A DNA stretch of 64,000 nt from NCBI GenBank assembly GCA_964016885.1, contig OZ024741.1, forward strand, positions 53,506,001 through 53,570,000, in the 5' to 3' direction. The notes beneath the pieces are model-generated. The model worked only from the letters and a program-made list of their open reading frames with translations, was not told the DNA's origin and ran no database searches. Below are positions 12,789-29,374 of this stretch, one piece after another. The position numbers and the translations under genes are program-made. Source of the stretch: Eledone cirrhosa. Taxonomy: Eukaryota. Within the stretch, counting starts at the first letter, position 1; every line of letters starts with the position of its first letter.

Positions 12789-12970
12789 ATATATATATAG
12801 CAGCCAAATTTGCCACATATTCCAAAGTTTGTTTTCACAAAAAGAAGCACATTGCATAATGTCGTTTTAGAGATATTGATATTTTGTTTGGAAAATATAA
12901 GATGTTCATAGCTGGAATGGCCTTGTTCATAGTAAGTGGGTAAAAGTCAAGCTGGCGTAAAACATGAAGA

Positions 12971-12971
<1 letters not shown>

Positions 12972-13048
<77 letters not shown>

Positions 13049-13073
13049 CAGCAGTAGTAGTAGTAGTAGTAGC

Positions 13074-13116
<43 letters not shown>

Positions 13117-13130
13117 CTAGTAGTAGTAGT
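12972..13130. repeat. (AGT)n microsatellite
   Basis: Direct reading. Confidence 0.95.
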
Positions 13131-13299
13131 GCAAAAAGACGAAGAAGAAGAAGAAGCAGAAGAAGAAAGAGGTCCCAAAAAGAAGAGAGCCTGGACAACA
13201 CTTAACTATCAACAAGTCAACTGACCTATGTAAATAGGTACAAATATTATAAACTGTGTAAAACTAATATTAAAAGTCAATAGATTCTAAGCAATAAAA

Positions 13300-15630
13300 T
13301 ATCACAACCACCATTACTGCAACCATTACCACAACCACCACCACTACTGCAACCATTACCACAATCACCACCACAACCACCGTTACTGCAACCATTACCA
13401 CAACCACCACCACAACCACCACTACTGCAAACATTACCACAACCACCATTACTGCAACCATTACCATAACCACCACCACTACCACCACTACTGCAAACAT
13501 TATCACAACCACCATTACTGCAACCATTACCACAACCACCACCACAACTACCATTACTGCAACCATGACCACAACCACCACCACTACCACCATTACTGCA
13601 ACCACCACCACAACCACCACTACTGCAACCATTAACACAACCACCACCACTACCACAATTAGTGCAACCATTACCACAACGACCATAACAACCACCGTTA
13701 CTGCAACCATTACCACAACCACCACCACTACCACCATTACTGCAACCATTACCACAACCACCACCACTACCACCATTACTGCAACCATTACCACAAACAG
13801 AACCACAACTACCATTACTGCAACCACCAACACAAACACCATTACTGCAATCATTACCACAACCACCACCACTACCACCATTACTGCAACCATTACCACA
13901 ACCACCACCACTACCACCATTACTGCAACCATTACCACAACCACCACCACTACCACCATTACTGCAACCATTAACACAACCAGAACCACAACTACCATTA
14001 CTGCAACCATTATCACAACCACCACCAATACCACCATTACTGCAACCATTACCACAACCAACATCACTACCACCATTACTGCAACCATTACCCAAACCAC
14101 CACCACTACGACCACAACTGCAACCATTACCACAACCACTACCACTACCACCATTAATGCAACCATTACCACAACCATCACCACAACTACCGTTACTGCA
14201 ACCATTACCACAAACACCACCACTACCGCCATTACTGCAACCATTACCACAACCACCACCACAAACACCATTACTGCAACCATTACCACAACCATCACCA
14301 CAACAACCATTACCACAACCACTACCACTACCACCATTACTGCAACCATTACCACAACCATCACCACTACCGCCATTACTGCAACCATTACCACAACCAC
14401 CACCACAAACACCATTACTGCAACCATTACCACAACCACCACCACTACCACCATTACTGCAACCATTACCACAACCACCATTACTGTAACCATTACCACA
14501 ACCACCACCACAACTACCGTTACTGCAACCATTACCACAACAACCACCACAACCACCATTACTGCAACCATTACCACAACCACCACCACAACTACCGTTA
14601 CTGTAACCATTATCACAACTACCATTACTGCAACCATTACCACAACCACCAACACAAACACCATTACTGCAATCATTACCACAACCACCACCACTACCAC
14701 CATTACTGCAATCATTACCACAACCAACACCACTACCACAATTACTGCAACCATTACCACAACCACCACCACAGCTACCATTAGTGCAACCATTACCACA
14801 ACCACCACCACAACTACCATTACTGCAACCATTATCACAACCACAACCACTATCACCATTACTGCAACCATTACCAAAACCACCAGCACTACCACCACAA
14901 CTGCAAGCATTACAACAACCACCACCACCACCATTACTGCAATAATTACCACAACCATCACCACAACTACCATTACTGCAACCATTACCACAAACACCAC
15001 CACTACCACCATTACCACAACCATTACCACAACCACCACCACAAACACCATTACTGCAACCATTGCCACAACCACTACCACTACCACCACTAGTGCAACC
15101 ATTACACAATCACCATTACTGCAACCATTACCACAACCACCACCACAAACACCATTACTGCAACCATTGCCACAACCACTACCACTACCACCACTAGTGC
15201 AACCATTACCACAACCACCATTACTGCAACCCTTACCACAACCACCACCACAACTACCGTTACTGCAACCATTACCACAACCACCACCACAACCACCATT
15301 ACTGCAACCATTACCACAACCAGCACTACAACTACCGTTACTGTAACCATTATCACAACTACCATTACTGCAACCATTACAACAACCACCACCACAACTA
15401 CCATTACTGGAACCATTACCACAACCACCACCACTACCACCATTACTGCAACCATTAACACAACCACCACCACCACCACTACCACCATTACTGCAACCAT
15501 TACCACAACCACCACCACAACTACCATTAATGCAACAATTATCACTACCAGCGTTACTGCAACCATTACCACTACCACTATTACTGCAACCATTACAACT
15601 ACCAGCACCACAACCGTCACCTCCACCCAC
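13300..15630. repeat. ACC-rich minisatellite (core CCATTACTGCAACCATTACCACAACCACC, about 27-36 bp)
   Basis: Dozens of tandem variants. Confidence 0.95.
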
Positions 15631-15639
15631 CACATCTAT

Positions 15640-18600
15640 AACCACTACAACTATTACTCTATTAGGCACTACAGCTATTACTACATTAGACACTATAACT
15701 ATTACTACATTAGACACTATAACTATTACTACATTAGACGCTATTACCACTACAACTCTTACTACATTATACACTATAACCACTACATTATAACCACTAC
15801 AACTATTACTACATTAGACCTTATAACCACTACAACTATTACTGCATTAGACAATATAACTATTACTACATTAGACACTATAACCACTACAATTCTTACT
15901 ACATTAGACGCTATTACTACATTAGACACTATAACCACTACAACTATTACTACATTAGACACTATAACCACTACAACTATTACTACATTAAACACTATAA
16001 CCACTACAACTATTACTACATTAGACGCTATAACCACTACAACTATTACTACATTAGACACTATAACCACTACAACTATTACTACATTAGACGCTATAAC
16101 CACTAAAACTGTTACTACATTAGCCACTATAACCACTACAACTATTACTACATTAGATGCTATAACCACAACTATTACTACATTAGACGCTATAACCACT
16201 ATAACTATTACTACATTAGACGCTATAACCACTACAACTATTACTACATTAGACGCTATAACCACAACTATTACTACATTAGAGACTACAACCACTACAA
16301 CTATTACTACATTAGACACTATAACCACTACAACTATTACTACATTAGACGCTATAACCACTACAACTATTACTACATTAGACACTATAACCACTACAAC
16401 TATTACTACATTAGACGCTCTAACCACTACAACTATTACTACATTAGACGCTATAACCACTACAACTATTACTACATTAGTCACTATAACCACGACAACT
16501 ATTACTACATTAGACGCTATAACCACTACAACTATTACTACATTAGACACTATAAGCACTACAACTATTACTACATTAGACGCTATAACCACTACAACTG
16601 TTACTACATTAGACACTATAACCACTACAACTATTACTACATTAGACTCTATACCCACAACTATTACTACATTAGACGCTATAACCACTAAAACTGTTAC
16701 TACATTAGCCACTATAACCACTACAACTATTACTACATTAGATGCTATAACCACAACTATTACTACATTAGACGCTATAACCACTATAACTATTACTACA
16801 TTAGACGCTATAACCACTACAACTATTACTACATTAGACGCTATAACCACAACTATTACTACATTAGAGACTATAACCACTACAACTATTACTACATTAG
16901 ACGCTATAACCACTACAACTATTACTACATTAGACGCTATAACCACTACAACTATTACTACATTAGACGCTATAACAACTACAACTATTACGCCATTAGA
17001 CGCTATAACCACTACAACTATTACTACATTAGACGCTATAACCACTACAACTATTACTACATTAGATGCTATAACCACAACTATTACTACATTAGACGCT
17101 ATAACCACTATAACTATTACTACATTAGAGGTTATAACCACTACAACTATTACTACATTAGACGCTATAACCACTACAACTATTACTACATTAGACGTTA
17201 TAACCACTATAAATATTACTACATTAGACACTATAACCACTACATTATAACCACTACAACTATTACTACATTAGACACTATAACCACTACAACTATTACT
17301 ACATTAGACGCTATAACCACTACAACTCTTACTACATTAGACACTATAACCACTACAACTATTACTACATTAGACTCTATACCCACAACTATTACTACAT
17401 TAGACGCTATAACCACTATAACTATTACTACATTAGACACTATAACCACTACAACTATTACTACATTAGACGCTATAACCACTAAAACTGTTACTACATT
17501 AGCCACTATAACCACTACAACTATTATTACATTAGATGCTATAACCACAACTATTACTACATTAGACGCTATAACCACTATAACTATTACTACATTAGAC
17601 GCTATAACCACTACAACTATTATTACATTAGACGCTATAACCACAACTATTACTACATTAGACACTATAATCACTACAACTATTACTACATTAGACGCTA
17701 TAACCACTACAACTATTACTACATTAGACGCTATAACCACTACAACTATTACTACATTAGACGCTATAACCACTACAACTATTACTACATTAGACGCTAT
17801 AACCACTACAACTATTACTACATTAGACGCTATAACCACTACAACTATTAATACATTAGACACTATAACCCCTACAACTATTACTACATTAAAAACTATA
17901 ACCACTACAACTATTACTACATTAGACGCTATAACCACTACAACTATTACTACATTAGACGCTATAAACACTACAACTATTACTACATTAGACGCTATAA
18001 CCACTACCACTATTACTACATTAGACACAATAACCACTACAACTCTTACTACATTAGACGCTATTACTACATTAGACACTATAACCACTACAACTATTAC
18101 TACATTAGACGCTATAACCACTACAACTATTACTACATTAGACGCTATAACCACTAAAACTGTTACTACATTAGCCACTATAACCACTACAACTATTACT
18201 ACATTAGACGCTATAACCACTACAACTATTACTACATTAGACGCTATAACCACTACAACTATTACTACATTAGATGCTATAACCACAACTTTTACTACAT
18301 TAGACGCTATAACCACTAAAACTGTTACTACATTAGCCACTATAACCACTACAACTATTACTACATTAGACGCTATAACCACTACAAGTATTACTACATT
18401 AGCCGCTATAACCACTACAACTATTACTACATTAGATGCTATAACCACAACTATTACTACATTAGACGCTATAACCACTATAACAATTACTACATTAGAC
18501 ACTATGACCACTACAACTATTACTACATTAGACGCTATAACCACTATAACTATTACTACATTAGATACTATAACCACTACAACTATTACTACATTAGACG

Positions 18601-21600
18601 CTATAACCACTAAAACTGTTACTACATTAGCCACTATAACCACTACAACTATTACTACATTAGATGCTATAACCACAACTATTACTACATTAGACGCTAT
18701 AACCACTATAACTATTACTACATTAGACGCTATAACCACTACAACTATTACTACATTAGACGCTATAACCACAACTATTACTACATTAGAGACTATAACC
18801 ACTACAACTATTACTACATTAGACACTATAACCACTACAACTATTACTACATTAGACGCTATAACCACTACAACTATTACTACATTAGACACTATAACCA
18901 CTACAACTATTACTACATTAGACGCTCTAACCACTACAACTATTACTACATTAGACGCTATAACCACTACAACTATTACTACATTAGTCACTATAACCAC
19001 GACAACTATTACTACATTAGACGCTATAACCACTACAACTATTACTACATTAGACACTATAAGCACTACAACTATTACTACATTAGACGCTATAACCACT
19101 ACAACTATTACTACATTAGACACTATAACCACTACAACTATTACTACATTAGACTCTATACCCACAACTATTACTACATTAGACGCTATAACCACTACAA
19201 CTGTTACTACATTAGCCACTATAACCACTACAACTATTACTACATTAGACTCTATACCCACAACTATTACTACATTAGACGCTATAACCACTACAACTGT
19301 TATTACATTAGACACTATAACCACTACAACTATTACTACATTAGACTCTATACCCACTACTATTACTACATTAGACGCTATAACCACTAAAACTGTTACT
19401 ACATTAGCCACTATAACCACTACAACTATTACTACATTAGATGCTATAACCACAACTATTACTACATTAGACGCTATAACCACTATAATTATTACTACAT
19501 TAGACGCTATAACCACTACAACTATTACTACATTAGACGCTATAACCACAACTATTACTACATCAGAGACTATAACCACTACAACTATTACTACATTAGA
19601 CGCTATAACCACTAAAACTATTACTACATTAGACGCTATAACCACTACAACTATTACTACATTAGACGCTATAACCACTACAACTATTACTACATTAGAC
19701 GCTATAACCACTACAACTATTACTACATTAGACGCTATAACCACTACAACTATTACTACATTAGACGCTATAACAACTACAACTATTACGACATTAGACG
19801 CTATAACCACTACAACTATTACTACATTAGACGCTATAAACACTACAACTATTACTACATTAGATGCTATAACCACAACTATTACTACATTAGACGCTAT
19901 AACCACTATAACTATTACTACATTAGAGGTTATAACCACTACAACTATTACTACATTAGACGCTATAACCACTACAACTATTACTACATTAGACGTTATA
20001 ACCACTATAAATATTACTACATTAGACACTATAACCACTACATAATAACCACTACAACTATTACTACATTAGACACTATAACCACTACAACTATTACTAG
20101 ATTAGACACTATAACCACTACAACTATTACTACATTAGACTCTATACCCACAACTATTACTACATTAGACGCTATAACCACTATAACTATTACTACATTA
20201 GACACTATAACCACTACAACTATTACTACATTAGACGCTATAACCACTAAAACTGTTACTACATTAGCCACTATAACCACTACAACTATTATTACATTAG
20301 ATGCTATAACCACAACTATTACTACATTAGACGCTATAACCACTATAACTATTACTAGATTAGACGCTATAACCACTACAACTATTACTACATTAGACGC
20401 TATAAACACTATAACTATTACTACATTAGACACTATAACCACTACAACTATTACTACATTAGACGCTATAACCACTACAACTATTACTACATTAGACGCT
20501 ATAACCACTACAACTATTACTACATTAGACGCTATAACCACTACCACTATTACTACATTAGACACAATAACCACTACAACTCTTACTACATTAGACGCTA
20601 TTACTACATTAGACACTATAACCACTACAACTCTTACTACGTTAGACGCTATTACTACATTAGACACTATAACCACTATAACTATTACTACATTAGACGC
20701 TATAACCACTACAACTATTACTACATTCGACGCTATAAACACTATAACTATTACTACATTAGACGCTATAACCACTACAACTATTACTACATTAGACGCT
20801 ATAACCACTACAACTTTTACTACATTAGACGCTATAACCACTACAACTATTACTACATTAGACGCTATAACCACTACAACTATTACTACATTAGACGCTA
20901 TAACCACTACCACTATTACTACATTAGACACAATAACCACTACAACTCTTACTACATTAGACGCTATTACTACATTAGACACTATAACCACTACAACTCT
21001 TACTACGTTAGACGCTATTACTACATTAGACACTATAACCACTACAACTATTACTACATTAGACGCTATAACCACTACAACTATTACTACATTAGACGCT
21101 ATAAACACTATAACTATTACTACATTAGACGCTATAACCACTACAACTATTACTACATTAGACGCTATAACCACTACAACTATTACTACATTAGACGCTA
21201 TAACCACTACAACTATTACTACATTAGACGCTATAACCACTACAACTATTAATACATTAGACACTATAACCCCTACAACTATTACTACATTAAAAACTAT
21301 AACCACTACAACTATTACTACATTAGACGCTATAACCACTACAACTATTACTACATCAGACGCTATAAACACTACAACTATTACTACATTAGACGCTATA
21401 ACCACTACCACTATTACTACATTAGACACAATAACCACTACAACTCTTACTACATTAGACGCTATTACTACATTAGACACTATAACCACTACAACTATTA
21501 CTACATTAGACGCTATAACCACTACAACTATTACTACATTAGACGCTATAACCACTAAAACTGTTACTACATTAGCCACTATAACCACTACAACTATTAC

Positions 21601-22640
21601 TACATTAGACGCTATAACCACTACAACTATTACTACATTAGACCCTATAACCACTACAACTATTACTACATTAGATGCTATAACCACAACTATTACTACA
21701 TTAGACGCTATAACCACTAAAACTGTTACTACATTAGCCACTATAACCACTACAACTATTACTACATCAGACGCTATAACCACTACAACTATTACTACAT
21801 TAGACGCTATAACCACTACAACTATTACTACATTAGATGCTATAACCACAACTATTACTACATTAGACGCTATAACCACTATAACTATTACTACATTAGA
21901 CACTATGACCACTACAACTATTACTACATTAGACGCTATAACCACTATAACTATTACTACATTAGACGTTATAACCACTACAACTATTACTACATTAGAC
22001 GCTATAACCACTACAACTATTACTACATTAGACGCTATAACCACAACTATTACTACATTAGACGCTATAACCACTATAACTATTACTACATTAGACACTA
22101 TGACCACTACAACTATTACTACATTAGACGCTATAACCACTATAACTATTACTACATTAGACACTATGACCACTACAACTATTACTACATTAGACGCTAT
22201 AACCACTATAACTATTACTGCATTAGACGCTATAACCACTACAACTATTACTATATTAGACGCTATAACCACTACAACTATTACTACATTAGACACTATA
22301 ACCACTATAACTATTACTACATTAGACGCTACAACCACAACAACTATTACTACCTTAGATACTATAACCACAACTATTACTACATTAGACGCTATAACTA
22401 CAACAACTATTACTACATTAGCCACTATAACCACTACAACTATTACTACATTAGACGCTATCACCACTATAACTATTACTACATTAGACGCTATAACCAC
22501 TATATCTATTACTACATTAGACGCTATAACCACTACAACTATTACTACATTAGACTCTATAACCACTACAACTATTACTACATTAGACGCTATTACTACA
22601 TTAGACGCTATTACTACATTAGACGCTATAACCACTATCT
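15640..22640. repeat. 33-bp minisatellite (ACATTAGACGCTATAACCACTACAACTATTACT) with 30- and 18-bp variants and higher-order duplications
   Basis: About 7 kb of tandem units; diagnostic variants recur in blocks. Confidence 0.97.
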
Positions 22641-22929
22641 ACATCATTACCAGCTCCATTATAGCCACTAAGACCTCCTCTATAACTAATACCACCAGAC
22701 TACCATATGGTCCATAACCACCACTAACATCACTACCACTTCCTCTACAACTACTACCACCTACACTATCATCACTGTTATCATCACCATCAGCATCATC
22801 TTCAACATTAGCTCAATCTCTCGCACTGTCACACCAAGCCTTCCATTATCTTCACCACTACCAACACCATCAGCAAAATTGAAACTACCACCGACACCGA
22901 AATAATCATCACTACAATTATCAATATTA

Positions 22930-23420
22930 CAAGCCCTTCCACCACCACCACCACCAGTACAATCACTAAAACCAACAACAAAAACAACTGTAATAAGGTC
23001 ACCACAACCACCACCAGTACAACCACTAACACCAACAACAAAAACAACTGTAATGAAGCCACCACCACCATCACCACCATTACCACCACAACCACCACCA
23101 GTACAACCACTAACACCAACAACAAAAACAACTGTAATGAAGCCACCACCACCATCACCACCATTACCACCACAACCACCACCAGTACAACCACTAACAC
23201 CAACAACAACTGTAATGAAGCCACCACCACCACCACCACCATTACCACCACAACCACCACCAGTACAACCACTAACACCAACAACAAAAACAACTGTAAT
23301 GAAGCCACCACCACCATCACCACCATTACCACCACAACCACCACCAGTACAACCACTAACACCAACAACAAAAACAACTGTATTGAAGCCACCACCACCA
23401 CCACCACCACCACCACCAAC
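22930..23420. repeat. About 84-bp tandem repeat within ACC-rich low-complexity DNA (22.7-24.3 kb)
   Basis: Repeated gtaatgaagccaccaccacc..cagtacaaccactaacaccaacaacaaaaacaact. Confidence 0.9.
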
Positions 23421-24099
23421 AGCAGCAGCAGCAGCATTAGAACTAGAGCACCATTAGTACTACCATCATGATAAGCACAAACACTGCAATTACCACTATT
23501 ATCCTCAACAACACCAGCGTTCTGAATAGTAAAACCAACACAACCCCCAGCACCACAACCACCATCAACACCACCACAACCAACAGCATGACAACAAAAG
23601 TCCGCCACCCCACTACAACCACCACCACCACGAACTTCGCCAGTACCAATAACACCACCACCAACAACAACAATACTCTGTACTCACACTACTACCACCA
23701 CAAAACACTCACCTCTAACACAACTACACCCTGTACTATCACCATCACTCCCGCCACCACCACCACGAACTTCACCAATACCAACACCACCACCACCACG
23801 TCAACCAACAACAACGCCACCACCACCAACGCCAACAACAACAGCAAAACTCAACCATCACATTACACCCACCAGTACCACCACAGCCACAACCACCTAA
23901 ACAAACATTCACCTCTCATAACTACACCCCCTACTATCACCATCATTGCCACCACCACCACTACCACCACCACCACAAAGTACTCATCTCTCAGACAACA
24001 ACACCCCCTACCATCATAATCAGTGCCACCACAACCGCCACCAACTTCACCATTACCAACACCACCACGATAAACAACAACAATAACAACGCCACCACC

Positions 24100-24131
<32 letters not shown>

Positions 24132-25469
24132 CAAAACTCAACCCTCCCACTACAACCACCAATACCACCACCCCACCACCACCACCACAAAGTACTCACT
24201 TCTCAGACAACACCACCCCTACCATCACCATCATTGCTACCACAAGCTCCACTAACTTCACCAGTAACACCACCACCACCACCACTACCACTACCACCAA
24301 CACCACCAACAACATTATTTCTTTAAACAAAAATAATATGGTTTCAATGAACGCCACGGTGGCCAACATCTTAATAATTAAATACAAAAGAAATCGCTGG
24401 CAAAAGATGGAAGAATTGCAGACGAGTACAACCACATGCACACACATATATATACACTCGAAGACACCTACACGTATACATACAAACACATGCACATAAA
24501 ATAATGTAGACTATGAAACAACATATATTTTTCTATGGGTCTATGCGCATGTGCGTGAGTGTCGAATTATATATATGTATATATATTCCTACATATTCCT
24601 ATATACATTCCTATACACACACACTCACATGTATATACATAAATATATACATGGATGTATGCATATATGTGCATATGTATATATATATATATATATATAC
24701 TTGTATATATATATATGTATATACATGTATATATACATACATGTGTATATATATATATAGAAAATACCAACCAAATATAAACAAATGAAATCAAATGAAA
24801 ACAAAGAAATAATCGAACGCAAAACAGAAAGTGAAAAGACGACAATCCATTGTGGATCATTCACCGGAAACTAAATCGACGCCTGCGCAATGAAGTAATA
24901 TCGATGAATAACATTCTTCCATATTGGCAATAGCCGGTCTGACGTAAAATTGTATTTTTTCGCACCTCCAGCACATTAAACAATCTTTATGATATATTTT
25001 CAAACTCATTTTTACTTGCTTTAATCGATCTCATCTGTTAATGTGTGTGTTTGTGTGTGTAAGTGTGTGTGTGTATGTATATATACAGAGAGAGATGTAC
25101 ATATGTATGCATGCATCTATGTATATATATATTTGAATGTAAATACATGAGTATATATACTCATAAATATGTGTGTGTGTGTGTGTGAATGTGTGTGTAT
25201 GTGTGTGTGTGTGTGTGTGAGTACTGTACATAGTTCTTCAGAATATTTTTTTTATTATTGCGTGTATGTGTGTGTCTGTGTGTCCGTGTGTATGTGTGCA
25301 TGTGTGTGTGTATGTATGTATATCAGTGTGTGTGTGTCTGTGTATGTGTGTGTGTATGAATGTCTATGTGTGTATGTGTGTGTATTGTACATAGTTCTTT
25401 ATAGAATATTTTTATTACTTGTTTGTTTGCACATTTTATGTTATTGTTGGTTATGGAAGGTTGCTGGTT

Positions 25470-28230
25470 GGCTGATGGTGGTAGTGGTGGTGGTGGTAGT
25501 GGTGGCGGCAGTAGTGATGATGGTGGTAATGATGGTGGTGGTAGTGATGGTGGTGATGGTGGTGTTAGTGGTGGTGCTAGTAGTGATGGTGGTTGTAGTG
25601 ATGGTGGTGGTATTGGTGGTGGTGTTACTGATGGTGGTGGTAGTGATGGTGTTGGTAGTGGTTGTGGTGGTGGTAGTGGTGGTGGTAGTAGTGATGGTGG
25701 TGGTAGTGATGGTGTTGGTAGTGATGGTGGTGGTAGTGATGGTGGTGGTAATGATGGTGGTGGTAGTGGTGGTGGTGGTAGTGGTGGTGGTAGTGATGGT
25801 GGTGTTAGTGGTAGGGTTGGTGGTGGTAGTGTTGGTAGTGGTGGTGGTGGTAGTGGTGTTGCTGTTAGTGGTGATGGTGGTAGTGATGGTGAGGTAGTGG
25901 TGGTGGTGGTAGTCTTGGTGGTGGTAGTGGTGGTGGTCATAGTGATGATGGAGGTAGTGGTGGTGGTGGTGGTGGTAGTGATGGTGGTGGTAGTGATGAT
26001 GGTGGTAGTGGTGGTGGTGGTAGTGGTGGTGGTGGTAGTGATGGTATTGATAGTGATAGTGGTGGTAGTGATGGTGGTGGTAGTTGTGGTATTGGTAATG
26101 ATGGTGGTGGTAGTGGTGGTGGTGTTAGTTGTGGTATTGGTAGTGATGGTGGTGGTAGTGATGGTGGTTGTAGTGATGGTGGTGGTAGTTGTGGTATTGG
26201 TAGTGATGGTTGTGGTAGTGATGGTGGTGGTAGTGATGGTGGTGGTAGTGGTGGTGGTGTTACTGATGATGGTGGTGGTAGTGATGGTGTTGGTAGTGGT
26301 TGTGATGGTAGTGGTGGTGGTGGTGGTGATAGTGGTGGTGGTAGTAGTGATGGTGGTGGTAGTGATGGTGTTGGTAGTGATGGTGGTGGTAGTGATGATG
26401 GTGGTAGTGGTGGTGCTGGTAGTGGTGGTGGTAGTAGTGATGGTGGTAGTGATGATGGTGGCAGGGATGGTGGTGGTAGTGATGGTGGTGGTAGTGATGG
26501 TGGTGGTAGTGGTGGTGGTGGTAGTGGTGGTGGTGGTGGTGATGGTGGTATGGATGATGGTGGTAATGATGGTGGTGGTAGTGGTGGTGGTGGTAGTGGT
26601 GGTGGTGTTAGTGGTGATGGTGGTAGTGATGGTGAGGTAGTAGTTGTGGTGGTAGTGTTGGTGGTGGTAGTGGTGGTGGTCGTAGTGATGGTGGAGGTAG
26701 TGGTCGTGGTGGTGATGGTAGTGATGGTGGTGGTAGTGGTGATGGTGGTAGTGGTGGTGGTGGTAGTGATGGTATTGGTAGTGATGGTGGTTGTAGTGAT
26801 GGTGGTGGTAGTGGTGGTGGTGTTACTGATGGTGGTGGTAGTGATGGGGTTGGTAGTGGTTGTGGTGGTAGTGGTGGTGGTGGTGGTAGTGGTGGTGGTA
26901 GTAGTGATGGTAGTGATGGTGGTAGTGATGATGGTGGCAGGGATGGTGGTGGTAGTGATGGTGGTGGTAGTGGTGGTGGTGGTAGTGGTGGTGGTGGTAG
27001 TGGTGGTGGTGGTGGTGATGGTGGTGGTAGTGATGGTGTTGATGGTGGTGTTAGTGGTAGGGTTGTTGGTGGTAGTGGTGGTGGTAGTGGTGGTGGTAGT
27101 GATGGTGGTATGGATGATGGTGGTAATGATGGTGGTGGTAGTGGTGGTGGTGGTAGTGGTGGTGGTGTTAGTGGTGATGGTGGTAGTGATGGTGAGGTAG
27201 TGGTGGTGGTGGTAGTGTTGGTGGTGGTAGTGGTGTTGGTCGTAGTGATGGTGGAGTTAGTGGTGGTGGTGGTGGTGGTAGTGATGGTGGTGGCAGTGAT
27301 CACGGTGGTAGTGGTGGTGGTCTTAGTGATGGTATTGGTAGTGATGGTGGTGGTAGTGATGGTGGTGGTAGTTGTGGTATTGGTAGTGATGGTTGTGGTA
27401 GTGATGGTGGTGCTAGTTGTGCTATTGGTAGTGAGGGTGGTGGTAGTGATGGTGGTGGTAGTTGTGTTATTGGTAGTGGTGGTGTTGGTAGTGATGGTGG
27501 TGGTAGTGATGGTGGTGGTAGTGATGGTGGTGGTACTGATGGTGGTGGTAGTGATGGTGGTGGTAGTGATGGTGGTGGTAGTTGTGGTATTGGTAGTGAT
27601 GGTTGTGGTAGTGATGGTTGTGGTAGTGATGGTGGTGGTATTGATGGTGGTGGTAGTGATGGTGGTGGTGCTGATGGTGGTGGTAGTGATGGTGGTCGTA
27701 GTGATGGTGGTGGTGGTGATGGTGGTGGTAGTGATGGTGGTGGTGATGGTGGTGGTAGTGATGGTGGTGGTAGTGATGATGGTGGTAATGATGCAGGTGG
27801 TAGTGATGGTGATGGTGGTGATGGTGGTAGTGATGGTGGTGGTGGTGATGGTGGTGATAGTGATGGTGGTAGTAGTGATGGTGGTGGTAGTGATGGTGGT
27901 GGTAGTTGTGGTATTGGTAGTGATGGTGGTGGTAGTGTGGTTGTGGTAGTGATGGTGGTGGTAGTGATGGTAGTGGTGGTGATGGTGGTGGTAGTGATGG
28001 TGGTGATGGTGGTGGTAGTGATGATGGTGGTAGTGATGGTGGTGGTAGTTGTGGTATTGGTAGTGATGGTGGTGGTAGTGATGTTTGTGGTAGTGATGGT
28101 GGTGGTAGTGATGGTGGTGGTGGTGATGGTGGTGGTAGTGATGGTGGTGGTAGTGATGGTGGTGGTGGTGATGGTGGTGGTAGTGATGGTGGTGGTGGTG
28201 ATGGTGGTGGTAGTGATGGTGGTGGTAAAA
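25470..28230. repeat. GGT/GAT/AGT-rich degenerate trinucleotide-based satellite
   Basis: Repeated gtagtgatggtggtg units. Confidence 0.95.
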
Positions 28231-28439
28231 TTCAAAATAGTTGTAGTGTTGAAGATGTTGGTAATTGTGGTGTTTGGGCTGGTGATAATGTTGTTTGTTT
28301 TTTTATTGGGAGTAACAGAGTTGGAAAAGTTAGTTGTAGATAAAGAAGTGGTAATTAACGTTGGTGGTGGTGGTGGCAGTGTTAATTGTGGTAGACATGA
28401 CGTCGTTGGTGGCAATGTTGATATATTGTTGGAGCTGGT

Positions 28440-28729
28440 CATGTTGCTACACTTGCTGTTGCATTTGTGTAGCCCTAGGTCAGCAATGATTAAGCCGAAC
28501 TATAATCAAACTTATTCCACATATGACTATCCCATCTTGTCTAACCTGACTAGTTGTTTGTGGTATTGTCTGGCTAGGTCTGCCTGCCGCAATTTTCAAT
28601 TTGTCAAGCTGTCTAAACGTATGTTATTTACTCTAAGCCCCGACCTATTGAGTGCTTTGCTGCTCATTCCTAATTGTAGGTCGATTTGCTTGGCCACAGA
28701 CAAAGCTTCGATTTTACTAAGTTTCCACT

Positions 28730-28730
<1 letters not shown>
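28440..28730. repeat. Dispersed repeat homologous to 4505-4700
   Basis: See the 4505-4700 entry. Confidence 0.75.
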
Positions 28731-28791
<61 letters not shown>

Positions 28792-29120
28792 TCCACAGAA
28801 TCATTAGATAAAATATATACAGTATTTCCTCTCCCAATCAATATAAATCAACCACATAAAAAAATTATTTAAACGAGGCTATAAGTTTAAAATGTACTAT
28901 GGAGAAATAATAGACAAATGATACAGATTATTTTCCGCGACGTACAGCCATATGACACCTATCTAATTATTTCTTCTACCCTGTAGAAATTTACTAGACA
29001 AATAGTTAACTACACAGAATTAGGTACAAAATAGAAGTTTGAAAAAAAATTCTCATAAATTTTACCAGAATTCTCATAGTCTCTACCACCGGTGGTTTCG
29101 TTCCACTTTTTGGATATACC

Positions 29121-29152
<32 letters not shown>

Positions 29153-29271
29153 ACGTGTGTGTTTGTATGTATACGTGCGTATATATGCACCTACCCACTC
29201 ATATGTAAATGTTTTCACACATACTCACTCATAAACACATACGTACCAACACACAGAGATACCCCCCCCCC

Positions 29272-29302
<31 letters not shown>

Positions 29303-29374
29303 AGAGGAGGAGAGAGACAGAGAGATATTGTCAGATAGATAGATATAGATGTACATACATACATACATACATAC

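Noticed and set aside
13270-15783. Long Val-rich, Gly/Cys-rich and Thr-rich ORFs
   Set aside because: They are open in several frames on both strands, an artefact of an ACC-based minisatellite; there is no unique domain.
15640-22640. CRISPR-like regular repeat array
   Set aside because: Units are contiguous with no unique spacers, no cas genes are present, and the context is eukaryotic.
25169-28872. Poly-Val/Pro/Gly ORFs resembling extensins or glycine-rich proteins
   Set aside because: Translations of degenerate GGT repeats.
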